Below, one piece after another: positions 1 to 12,468 of a DNA stretch of 64,000 nt (positions within the stretch are counted from its first letter, which is position 1; each line of letters starts with the position of its first letter). The stretch lies in assembly GCA_036172245.1 (NCBI GenBank), contig JAYWIR010000048.1, forward strand, positions 248,001 to 312,000, in the 5' to 3' direction. The DNA is from Raillietiella orientalis (Eukaryota). Under the pieces are notes generated by a model. That model saw only the letters and a list, made by a program, of their open reading frames with translations, was not told the DNA's origin and ran no database searches. The position numbers were made by a program, and so were the translations under genes.

Positions 1-3000
1 GTGAAACAAGGAATAGTATTTGTTATGACCTGAGGTCAAAGTAACAAACTGTCAGAGTCTCAAACTGCTGTGTCTTAATGGCAGGTGTTACTTTGGTGAA
101 ACAGCAACGCAAAACACAACAAAAATTCAAAAACACTCTCGACTTCCGCTTGTCGGAAACCTCTCGACTGGACCCTGATAACAAAGTATCAATCAATTCG
201 TTGGAAACAGATATCGGAGGAGCTAAGCTCTTTTGGCAAGAATTTGCCAGCTACTCAGTATGAGTACTCTCAAGACTAAAAGATCTTTTTTTAAAATTAA
301 ATTTCATCATGTGATTTTTGTCTTTAGCTTTCCAGGAAAACTTCTTCAGATTCTTCAACATTCCTTTATGAGCACTGATTTCTTCCTTCGAAGATGAACC
401 AGCATCTTCAGTAGGAACTTCCGCATTTTCGTTAAAGTCAATCTGTTTGGTTTGTCAATCTGTAAGATGAATCTTCTGCTCACGGTTTGGACTGTCCCCT
501 TACTAAACCAGCATCGCAAGTACCCATGTACCTTCAGTCATTACATTTCTAATCCATATCTGTGAAATAGGCTTGCAATGGGTGCAGGTAATTCATTACA
601 GCTAATTTATCAGGTTTGGCAAGCAGAACCATGTCCGAAGGTTCGATCACCTTGGGAATTCCTGTCGATTCAGTAGCTTCAAACGCCTTTTTACAAGTTC
701 TCTTTTATATCATGAGGATCCAAGTTTGCAAAATCACTAAAGCAAATTCACATGAAATCATGCTGTGAATTATTCAGGCACAACCATGATTTACTGAAGC
801 ATTCGTAATATCAAAAAAATACTCCAACTCATATCGGATATGGTCGAAAGTGATGGAGAATGGCACAAAAAGCCAAAGCCATATTTGTCACTTTAATCCC
901 AGAATATTCGTTTGTTATTTCTTGGCACCAGCTCATCAAATCTTCACTTGATGTGTTACGTTGCTTCTAAACAAATACAACTTTACACAGTTTTCAGATG
1001 AAACAATCATTCGTTATCTATGTACGCTACAAGAAACGCAGCTGCCGACTTCCAGCTTTCAACTTCATTTTAGATGGGCACTGCCTGCGCCCTGGCATAG
1101 GAAAGCAAGCCCTCACTCCAAACAACACCCAGGCATACCACCCTAGAGAGGCCATGAACAAAATGCATGCAGTCTACAACGAAAAGAAAAAGTCACAGCT
1201 ATGCTATCTGTACTGATGCACTTGAAACGCATCAGCAGGTGCTTGCGCTAGATTCAGCAATCAAACACGGAACCACAGAACAACATGGTAAAAACAAAAA
1301 GAAAAAAAAAGGAAGTGCACATGATAAAACAATTCCAGGAACAGAAGCAGTCTTCCTTTAAACATTCGAAAATCCAGCGATTGTGCTGGCAATTGAGCTG
1401 TTTACCCTCTTTTCTTTTCTTTCTTTTCAAATTTAAACACTCATACTCCCAATTTCAAGTAGCTATGAGTATATATAGCTATTGAGCAGGCAATATCAAA
1501 TTCAATAAGAGGAAGCTTCCCATAGTTTCAGCTACTGATAAGGAAACTTAAGCAAGCGCATCTCAACATGTGAGCGATTTAATCCGTGATCTCAAACAAT
1601 CATGCCTTGTCAACAACTGTCTGATGTAAGAAAATCACTTCCTATGTTCGGAAAATGACCAAAAGTATGGTATGAATTCCATGTTGATCCAAAGAGACTC
1701 ATGATTGACATTCACTTTTAAAGTGTAAAATATAACGCCTGATAATGAAACATTCAGAACAACTTTGCACAGTTAAGTACAAAACTGTACTGTTAAGTGC
1801 AGTTTATTACACAAAGTTCAAACCATTCTGTTTAACAAGATGGAATGCAAGTGAGTTTAATGTATACAAGAAACGAAATAAAAACTAAGATACACTCAAA
1901 AGTTGCCTGGCATCGTTTCAATTACATGAATTATCACACAGATAAATGGAAAACCATGTCAACTTTTAAGTCAGAGTTCAGACCAACTTCGGCCAAAAGG
2001 AACAATGAGCTGTGTCAATCAATTTAGGTATGCTAAAGCACATCCAACAAAACTATGCAAGTGAAAATTGGAATAACTTCATCTAAAACGTTATGTGTAA
2101 GCTAGGATGACATCTGAATAGCACCCAACTTGATAAGAGAAGACATGGAGAACGACTTTGGCAACACGGATCTCAGAAGTACACAATGGAAAAAACACCT
2201 ACATCAAGAACCAACTCAAGAATAACATGTACAGTTAGGAATTTACAATTCATTCCTGGAATTAAGATTTCTGCTGTGACTGCACTCTTCACTTTACATG
2301 AAATCACGTGCAAATGGTTCTTCCAAATACAAAATATTGGATCGCAGGAATCAAAAATTTCAAAAACCCAAATCATCCATGTAAAGTTCGCACCTTCTTC
2401 AACTTTGCTCATAACTTCAGGATTCTGCCCATTATTCATTCCGATAGCTGTTTTCCTTTTCATGCTGGCAAGCAAATTCAGGCAATTTCTTTTAAACCTA
2501 AACAAGAGTTTCTCATAAACATGAAAATTTTCCTCCTCCTTCTAAACCTGCTGCATTTTCACCCTAAAACAGCATTTGATGATGCTCCCATTTCCCAGCT
2601 TTTCTTTCAGAATGAAAAGCTGCAAGAAATATCCAAAATTCTAAACAAACGTGATTTCTTTGGTATCACCGATGGGGAACTCTGAAATTGTAGACAGTGT
2701 GCATGACGGATATAAGAAATAGCAAAAACAACCTTTTAAAATCAAGCATCCCACGTATCAACATTCACTGCGACACCAATCTACCAGGAAACAACAGGCA
2801 CAAGGATTGTCACTCATGCACTTAAGGAGCACAAAGCAGAATATGCTGAAGCACTAAGAGAAATAGGCAGTCAACTGATTTGTGGGGAGAAACCGAATGA
2901 ATGAGTCATTGGGGAATAACTAGGAAAATCTCAACTTGACGTTCTTCTCAAATGATAGTTAGAAGCATTGTGCATCAGAAATCAAATTCTCAAATATCAA

Positions 3001-6000
3001 GTGCCAGACTAATTTCACCCTCTATCCTTGCAAGGGCTGCAATTTCGGACAGGATACACACCACTCGCAAATGTTAGAAAAATCCATTATCCTTCTACAG
3101 TTCTGAATACTTATATCATGTTGGAATGAGACCACTGTTCTTGTTATAGCAAATCGATTTGCTTTCCATAAGAGAATGCTAACCTTGGTTTCGGAAACAT
3201 TCTCAGATTGCAAAGAGTCCTTCTGTGTGAGATCGTCATCTTCTTCATGAAACAATAAGCTGAAACACAACACGGTTGCTCTCAGACAAACTTTCACAAT
3301 TGCAACATGCAAACAACAATCCCTACAGCAACACCTTATGTACCAATATATTATGCAAAATATATGGTACATTACACAAAAGATGACCAAGAAACAAAAG
3401 GCATGTACCTGCTTTCTGAGAATTGAAACACACAAACAGAAACTGCTGGAACTTGTTTAACAGCAACATAGGATTACCACATCACATCATCCAATCAACT
3501 TCTCAATCTAGAGACATTAACAAAATGCACACTCTACTAACCTTTCCAGAAAACACAGATGCTGTATGCAACCAAATAAGGAAAATGGAAAATGCAAAGT
3601 AAAGCAGAAGACATGCATTTTCGGAAGATGACCTGCAGTTTATATATGAAACTGATGTAATCAGATACAGAAGTAGATGTGGAAATTGCGTACATTATCA
3701 ATATCATTCTCAAATTCTTGTATTACATAAGAAGGGTTTCAAACAAATTACAACAACAATGAAGAAAACCATGAATAGTCCAAATCATTGTTTGAATTAC
3801 TTACAAGAATCGTTTGAACAAGAAGTGCAAACTTACGCTACATGCTTTGAAGCACCAATCTGACTGAAAAAAACAATTAACACACCTTTCCATTATCTGA
3901 AGCATGTTTGGCATGCCTATCACAAGATGGGTGCCTGCACATGCTATCAAAAACTGAACAGAATACGACAATTACTCAGAACAGTGAATTTGTACGCAGT
4001 AAAACAATGAATCAAACTCCTAACGTTTCAAAGAAATACTGTCCACATGAGTATTGCCATGGGATCCTATTGTCCAAATCATTTGCTACAAAGAGTGAAA
4101 ATACTAATTCCAAGTGATCAGAAAAATCAGGACATACTTACCTTGAAACTGCAAAGGGAATACATTACTTTCATGGACAGAATACAAACACACAGACAAA
4201 AAAAATCTTAAAGAAATATCGTAAAAAAAGATTGTATTTCTTTCTCTGCTCACATCCGTTAAATGGAATACATTAAAAGGAGAAAGATTGGAACAAGAAA
4301 ATTTCCGAGGAGAAGCTAAATGGCCAAACATATGCTTGCATTTCAAACAAACACCAGCAAGGCAACATCACAAATGCCCAATGAATCAATAAAAAATTAC
4401 AAAATTCCATGATTAAACAACTACTTCAGAGTATAAGTACACATCATCCTTTTTCATGAATATTGTTCTCCTACATGTCAATCATGCATTACAGTGTCTT
4501 CATTCCTGGAGCTGCTGATACAAAAGTGAAAGAAAATGGACACATGCAGCTGCAGTACGGTACCTGCATATCTTTGGGAAGCAGATCTGCAACACAACAC
4601 TGACAACATTCGCATTTACTTGTTGCAGAATGAAGAAATGCTCAGAAAAGAAAACAGAATCTCAAATTCACATAAATCATATCTTGGTGCAGAAGGTTAA
4701 TGCTTTTCATCACATTTTACAAAATGCACAAAATGATCACAAATCCACAAGATTACTTGGTGCTGACATTTGTTTAGTTAAAGCAGATAATTCAACAAAA
4801 TTTAATCAAATCTAAAAACTGAGACCAAGTGTTTTTAGATTTGATCTGAATTTTGTCATCATGCACTACATTATTCAAGCCACTTCTTGATGAACACTTG
4901 GAACATATCTATCAACACCAAAAACCTGTCATAAATCTACATGTGCCTGGAGAAAGAATGAAAAACCCTTCTATATGCTTCTATATACCATGCAGCATAC
5001 AATTTGTGTTACTTACAGAGGTAGTGGAAAATGGCATCAGGAATCATGAAAAACATGTGCAATACTTCTTTTCATGTTTCACCCCTATACTGCAAATGCA
5101 AATTCTGTTCCACAAAGAAGGGCAGAAAGCACAACACTTTCACTAGAAAAGCATAGGTGATGGAGGAAATTTCTCATTTTCTTAAAAAGATGAGTTGTTA
5201 ACAAAATCTACTCCACATTTGAAACTTTTGACACAAATCTCATCATACTCTATTTTTAAGAATAACAGATGGCAGCAGACATTTCCACTTGAAGAATTGG
5301 TCATGAAATACAGAACTGAAATCGGAGCATGCAATTTTATGCATGTGATAAACTATGCATAATTTGCCATGCATGACAAGAAAAATACTGTGCTACTGTG
5401 CACACGCACAATGCTTCAAGACTGGTTTGAGATTCAATTGGATATCATGTTGTGCTAAGATCATTGATGCATAAAGCTCCATGTTAAATTTACCCATTTA
5501 CCCATCATGTTCCGAGATTTTCAATTTGTAAGAATCTAAAAAATTAATCCCTTGTTAAACAAATCACTGAAAACATTTGCCATGATCAAAATAAGTTGGA
5601 AACAATATGAAACAATAGAATGTAATCATTCAGATACTTTCTTCTTAAATTACAAACAAGTCCATTCTTGATCTTCAAATTCTTGGTTTCTTGGGTATAG
5701 AAGTAATGTCCCCGTAATTTCCTTGTTTTCAAGAGTGGCCCTCACAATGAAACTTTTATAAGGATTTTTAATGGTGGGCTCCCACTCATGCATGCCAACT
5801 GGATACAATCCTCCTATTCCTTCTTGTCTAAACTACACATTGCTGCTTTGGTGTCCTACAAATAACTTTCCTTAAACAATTCATGCAATCAATCAATTTC
5901 ACTCAACTTTTGTTGCCAATTATTTACACAGTCAAACCCTTCTGATAGGAAAGGAAAAACCACACACGCTTACATGAAGAGGAATTCATATAAAAATTAA

Positions 6001-6170
6001 CAGTTTTAAGCTAACAAGAATGAAACAAGCTACGAATGTATTCTTCACTCGGTCTTCAAATGCATTCATTTAGAAGTACATTCCAAGATGGGTTCATTAT
6101 ATGAGGCGGTGAATGGAAAATTGGCTTCTCTTTGATTTACCTGTTGGAATCTCTTCCAAACTGAACCCAT
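1..6170 (-). pseudogene. EHBP1: Unprocessed pseudogene of EH domain-binding protein 1 (NT-C2 + calponin-homology); 3' part runs off the left edge
   Basis: Colinear minus-strand exon remnants. From ATG 6170: MGSVWKRFQQVNQREANFPFTASYNEPILECTSK* (cf. MASVWKRLQRVGKHASKFQFVASYQELMVECTKKW). 5855-~5650: TPKQQCVV*TRRNRR, frameshift, HEWEPTIKNPYK..ENKEIT..EFEDQEWT. ~5535-5370: FNMELYASMILAQHDIQLNLKPV with stops. 966-833: [35 protein letters not shown]. 736-~532: DFANLDPHDIKEN, frameshift, CKKAFEATESTGIPKVIEPSDMVLLAKPDKLAVMNYL. Lesions: TGA 6066-6068, TAG 5828-5830 at a conserved Trp, donor GTGAGT changed to ATGAGT at 832, extra base near 693. Confidence 0.85.
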
Positions 6171-6923
6171 AATGACTTTCTACATCCCCCATTTTATAAG
6201 TGCCCTTTTCGGAATGCGGAATGAAGGAAGATTTCATTTATGGAAAGATGTGCAAGTGCCTCATCTGTACGCTCCATTATGGAGACCGTTTACCTCTAGT
6301 ACTCTATGTATGCATGTGTAATATAAAGATATGCAAACAATACCAGAGATCAATGACTTACATAGAGTCAAACGCATACGGTGAATTATTTGACATCAAC
6401 GCGTTGAGTGTTCACTTTCTCTGATTAGAAACCCTTTTTACTTTCAGAACCTTGAATATATGCTGCCACATAGGTTGAAGACGAACCAGCTACTCATGAA
6501 CCTGAAAAATGCATTGGGTTGAATGCAAGTCGAGTCGTTCATTTCCTTCTTTGCACAACTCCGTCCCCTCCCTCTACGTTGACCGTGATGAACATTCCAT
6601 TTTAAAAGAACTTTTCAATTTGAGGAAACTCTGGTCTACTCATTCTTTTTTGAAAACGAGGAGAAAAACAGAAAACGGCAAAGGCCGTCGGCTTTTTCAT
6701 CAAGGAAACCACTGCTGGAATAAGTAACCGGCGCAAGCAATGACCGAAAACTAGCAGCAAGGATCGAACTAGGGACGAAGTGAAAATCTACAAGGAAACT
6801 CCATATCTTCGGCGGTCCTTGGGTGAACTCGTAGGAGCGCGACGATTACCATGTCCCACTTCTACCTACGGATAACCGACATCAGTTGCACCTTGGGCGC
6901 GACTTCGTTCCCGATTTTGCAAA

Positions 6924-9709
6924 TAGGGTTGCCAACTGAAGTTGATGGAATCCCGCTGAATGGTCTTCGAAAATCCACGATTTCCCCTAAAAAAATCTCC
7001 AGAGTGTAATATCTAGGATTTTTATTGCTCTTTTTATTTTTATTGTTATTCATAACATGCAATCAGCATTCGATAGGGGAAAAATAATTTTCATATATTA
7101 CTTACTCAAAATATCTGGTTCCTTGGATCATCCTCATGGAAGAAATAGTGCTGCGATTGTGAGGTGCTTGGAGTTTCGGTTCTTCGCTTGTCCACTTTTA
7201 TTCCTATAGGCAGCCAAGGTTCTTTTTTTCATTGATACCTCTGACACAATTGATAATCCTTGCAGCTTTGATAACGCGATCCAGACTTCATTGTGAGAAC
7301 CGCATTAACGAATTCCGATCCTATCCGGTTTCATAGTTCGGACTTCACGATGTTCATCAAGCTGAAGATTGTTTCTACTTGAGCATTAGACCATGGAAGA
7401 ACAATGGAAGATGTCATTAATTCAAGCAACTTTTGAAATGGATTGACATCAGATGCATCTTTATAACTAGCTACTTCTCTCCAGAATTCAATTGTTTTGG
7501 CACTTTTCTCGCACTTTGCACTTCTTAAATTGTTTCACTGGGTTTCTGTTTCTGTTATCTTGTCCGATGGAATTTGGAGATGCTTCATTAGGGGTATCAA
7601 TGGACCTTTGAGAACACGAAGAGCACCGGACACAGAAATTATTGACATTGATCTTAGCACCTTCGTATTATGAGGCACTCTTACTTGAAGCTCTTTATGT
7701 AACTCAAGAAGGAAAATAATGCAGCTTCATCTGAAGTCAGTTTCTTCTTCTCCTGGCAAACTGAGCAAGTGTAGTTTCTCCTTAACTTCATTGTCCAGAT
7801 AGGGAGATCAGTGAACATAGTTTCAAGATTTTCCGTCAGAAAGCTTTTCCTGCAAGATGGAAGCACAAACTTCTTGGCTAAGTCCTCTCCACTAAACAAG
7901 CCAGATTGTCCAGGAGGTTGGTATAATCGGCATTACTTGCCTCAAATGATATGTTTACCCCTTGCGCGTCAGCCAATACTTTTTGGAGGTACAGGAGAAA
8001 TGCATGGTTTTTCATATCAGAAAGCAAAGTGCTGAAAAGGGATGTTGTATAATCTCTCTATTTTGTATTCGCAATTTCAAACATAGCACTGAGTTCTACC
8101 CACTGATCCAGAATTCTGTCTATTGCAGTCTCAATCGACAGCCAATGTGTCTGGTACTTCTGTACAATATTTCTAGGATTGTGTCCATCATGCATGGCAG
8201 CAAATCGAACTTTTTAATCATTTCTTCGTAAGGCAAAATGGTGAAACCAATAATAAATTCCTCTCAGTAAAAAGTCAAGATTAGTGGGAAGGCAAGTTGA
8301 GGCTGCAGAGACAACTAATTGGAGTATGACACATGCAACAGATCATTGTAAGCCCTGGGCATTCACTCCAAAGTTTAGCTCACATGCCACGGTTTATGCC
8401 GTTCTTGATGCTCGCATTATTCATGTCCAATCCCTTTCATGTTTTGAATGTTTAATCCTCTACTATCAAATGTTTCCTTTACAGTCCCAGCAATAGATTT
8501 CTCATCACAGGTTTCAGCCGCTGCCAGAAAAGTATTATACATGATGGCTGATTGACTACACAGCAATATACAACAGCAATTCTTAGCGTTGTGCTTTCAC
8601 CACTATCGTTGGATTCATCAATTGAAATACTAAAAGGACCATTCCCTACAGCCTTTTCGAAGTGAGGTGCCAATACGAAGCTTGTTATAGCTGTACACCT
8701 TAGAACGATGTAATTGGATCTTGCAATTGAAGTTTCCGAGAGTTTCTGTTTACACAGTTCTCCGAGTTCGTCTACTGTCCACATTGCTGCGTGACATGCT
8801 TAAAGACTCTTCAGCTGCGTCTTCGGAGTCTGTTCGTTGAAACAAAAGTGTCCAGTTTTCGGGAAGAAGAATGGAGCTCTGGCTTCGTTTAGCAGTGAGA
8901 AATTTGCCCACACGATGTTTTGCAGCCAATACGCATTTGCAAAATCTGCATTCAGCTTTATCAGCTCTTCCCAGAATTTCCAAGATCCAATCTCTGAGCA
9001 GCACATCACCAGGCCACTCTTTCTGAAACAGTTGCTGATATTTTTGAGGGCCCATATCTTCAATGAAACAACGAACAAGAGTAATACCATAGACACCCAA
9101 TAATCTAACGTAACACGAGGTATTGAAGCCCACAATACCATAGCACACGGCCAACATACATAGTGTCATTTAATCTTCATATTCAGTAGTACAAAAGTAA
9201 AATGCAAACTAGCAGTTAATTGTTGATGACGTGAAATGAGTAAGCCACCGCTGTACGTGTTCGGTGCATTTAGAAAGAGAACACTACACTGCCGGCCTTA
9301 GTAGCTATGGTTCAAGGAAAACGTTAGAACAGTCTGTAAATTGTAGTGAAATGCTCGAGCGAATTGCCGTTGCACTACAAGAATCACAATTAAAACGTGA
9401 AAGTGTGTTAATAATAGGGAATTGGTTTTCCTCAACAATCTTTGTCACCGTTGCGATAATTTATCAATGTCACTCTACCTCCGTCAGGACTGAAACGGGT
9501 GGATAAAATATCCGGAATTCTATTTCAGACTATTGACAACTTCCGAAATTGAAAAATTTCTTTGCAGTCATGAAGAAACCGTGAACTTTGGCGGTCGGTG
9601 ATTTAAAAACTTCTAGATTCCCCCTCAGCGGAACCTAATATTTTTAGCTGCCAGTTGAGTTTCCAAAAACGCTAGGCCTAGAGGGAAAAACGCTAAATTG
9701 GCAACCCTT
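6924..9709 (-). mobile_element. Decayed hAT-superfamily DNA transposon with TIRs and 8-bp target-site duplication
   Basis: Left end TAGGGTTGCCAA (6924-6935) and right end TTGGCAACCCTT (9698-9709) are inverted repeats (11/12). Flanks TTTGCAAA (6916-6923) and GTTGCAAA (9710-9717) match 7/8, the 8-bp TSD length typical of hAT. A broken transposase lies inside on the minus strand. Confidence 0.85.
7230..9055 (-). pseudogene. Disrupted hAT transposase (N-terminal zinc finger, catalytic DES motif, hATC dimerisation region)
   Basis: MGPQKYQQLFQKEW..DWI..DKAECRFCKCVL from 9055; RCTAITSFVLAPHF..GNGPFSISIDESND in ORF 8479-8784; LPWSNAQVETIFSLMNIVKSEL*NRIG near 7300-7400 (cf. hATC LPxSNAxVERxFSxMNxVKTKLRNR). 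Split by stops and frameshifts; 3' boundary approximate. Confidence 0.8.
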
Positions 9710-10113
9710 GTTGCAAACATTGCCAAGTTGATCTCGATGCATCTTTCCAACCTGCGAACAAATCAACGTGTTTTCGGAACAAAGCACTTTTTTTTTTTTT
9801 CCTAATTTTACAGATTCCTGCAGTGGTTTTTCCAGCACGGCAACCGTGGTCCTTTTCTCCCGAGTTCGCCTCCAGAAGAGAGCTGAGAAGGAAATCTGAA
9901 GTGTGCAGAACGTTTGCGCCAACCCCAAGGCGCCCACGCTTAGCCATGCACGGACCAACAAACTGGGAAGAACGGGAGCGTCTCCTTGCTTTCGCAGCAG
10001 AAAAGGTCACCGGCAAACCGACTGATTTGCATGCAAAGTCGCTGGTAATCGCGGCAGCGGAAACGGAAGACATCGGAAAGACAAACGGTACTCCGTCTTA
10101 CAACTGCCATCGA

Positions 10114-12468
10114 ATGCCAGTATGGGAGGTCTCGCCTCCGTTCCAAACATGGTGAGTTTCCTTCGCACGTTCCTTCCGATTCGATTGCAGTCGTCGGGTG
10201 GCGCATTCGAGTTCTGGGCATCTTCACCACTCTCCAGCTTCCTCTCGAAGCCGTAAAAAGACACGCGTGCGACAGGATGCTGTGCAGTGCCACAGTCGAT
10301 TCGTGTGGTCAACCTCGCGTGGCCTGCCTGCGCACCTTAGAAATGACCTCATCACTGACGGAGGCATAGGCAATCTCTATTCTCCGCGAAATGAAATTCC
10401 ACCCCACGCGTGAGAATGGCGCTTTTTCATTTCTTTCCTGCGTCACCGTTCGGACCTGCTCTCTGGCAGCCACGAAACGCTCCAGAAGGCATCCAGGACG
10501 CGACCACTCGGGAGACGCACGCTGCTGCTACTGGATTTTAAGAAGGAAACGCAGTCTGGAGAATTGACTGGAAGCACCAAGACAGCATGACGTCTCCGCC
10601 TACGATCCGTGAAGCCTCTCTCGGATTGCTCTTGAAGCGAGATGACTCTGCCGAGATGCAAGCGGATTTCTCCGCGTTGTGCCCGCAGAGGCCTCTTCAG
10701 GATCCAAAAGCCGCAGTCAGTGGTCCGCTGAAGGTCTTGCACACGCATCCTTCATCTCGTCAACCTCTTCGACGAGCCATGCACTTCTTTATCGCCTCGA
10801 CGCGCTGCCATTTACATCCCACGTGACTGCATCTCACTTATTTTGTCACATGGGTGTTGATCTGCTCACGTGCTTCACAACGATCCGAACGAAAGGAGTC
10901 CTCCTTGAAGGGGAACAGCGACGGAGTTATGGTACTTGCTTGGCTCCTCTTCATTTCCTACTTGCAGTCTAGGCGGGTGAGCCGATGGGTGTTTCTTGTT
11001 ACGTTCTCTTCTGCGAAATGAAACAAGGAGTGAACACGTGAAGCATTAACGTGGAGTGACAGCAGACACTCGAGTTCTTTAACGAAAAGCAAAACATCCG
11101 CTTAGACTGGAAGAAAAAAAAAGTGAGCAAAGGCAAAGAACGTGGAGAAACAGGAAGCGTCTTTGGAAGGGTGCCTGTTCTTGTTCTTGTGGTGCTTTTG
11201 TTAGGGTTACTAATGCTATTGCTGCTGCTGTCGCTGTTGCCATTATTATTATTACTTTTTATTCCAGATCCACAAGGATTCACTGTATCCACCTGGGATT
11301 GGAGAGCACTCTAGAGAGTGGCAACTGTTCCTCTACAGTGCCAAGGTGAGTACCTGCCGTGGGCAAAAACAGGAAGTCAGCTGTCTGTTCCTTGGCAATG
11401 AAAATCTTAAAGCATCAGTTCCAGCTGTAAGATGCAAATGCAGATACAAAAATTTTCGCACTCACATTTACGGTTCTCCCAGTCTCACCTTTCTACGAAT
11501 ACCATTCTGCAGGCGATTCCGAAGTTGCGGCCGCATCTTTCGTATTATGTAAAAAAAAGCGTCTCCACAAAGATGCAGATGAAGATTCAAGCGTTTGCAC
11601 GGCACGTAATCTCACAAAGGTGTTCGAATAAAATGATAGCAACAACAGTTTGGTTACTTCCTGCAGTGGGCCACTCCAGGAGAGTGCACTATTCGAACGC
11701 CATCTTGTGCAGGTTCTCCGCCGCCCAGGTCTTGCGTGTGTCCGGGCCCCACGCATAGTGCAACGGATTCGTTCCTGCCCAGGCCTGTCCTAGTCACACG
11801 ATCGGCTTTCGAAAAGATGTAAAATCTATCTTTGTCAGTTGGAAGCCAAAAGAAAACAAGTGTTTATTTACTCTTGGAATGAGAATTCTTGTTGGATCAA
11901 ACAATTCTATCGTTTCAGCTCTGCCATCCTGGGCGTGGACAAATGCATTAGTAGGTCACCAGAACTCCATGTCTAGTCCAATCTTGTTCTGGCGTCCCTT
12001 TGGAGAGCGGAAGAAGCCGCCTTACACCACAACATGAAAACGCCTCCTGAGCGGTGAACGGGACCGATTGACCTTTTACGAGAGGACTGTCGCCATTTCT
12101 TCGTCGCCTCATGAGAATGTGGTCGTCTTGTGCAGTGGTCGACGGTACTTGAAAGGGAAGGTTTCTGGCAGCAGAAGACGTTTGAAGAAATGGAACTTGG
12201 GTAAATGATAGAAATGCCATTCTGCCTTCTTTTCTTTTCTCTCACCAAAACATCTGTCTGCGCAATGCCTTCGGCTTTCCCTTATCCGCATATTCATGAC
12301 TCGTCTTGTTATTCCTCCTTGGGAAGCCGTTTCCTGTGCTACTCCATGGGGCGCAACTTTCTACGGTGAAGAAAAGGTCTCCTTCATGTTTGTAGGCATC
12401 GAGAGGGTTGGAAGGATCTGGGACACGAGTTGCTCCTCAGCGAGTGCAGAATTCGAAGGAAAGAATGA
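10114..12468 (+). pseudogene. Degenerate spliced gene, tentatively DNAAF3 (dynein axonemal assembly factor 3)-like
   Basis: Good splice signals: donor 10152, 39-nt intron to 10190, clean 78-nt exon 11268-11345, acceptor before 12396. Colinear weak motifs versus remembered DNAAF3: VWEVSPP~WWGLSPA, LEAVKRH~LEAVARH (10244-10264), LTEA*/GNL~FLEVWGNA (TAG 10367-10369), GF*EGNA~KFRERDA (TAA 10539-10541), KRDDSAEMQADF~SRYDARRGVSDW. No continuous reading frame. Identity not verified. Confidence 0.35.
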
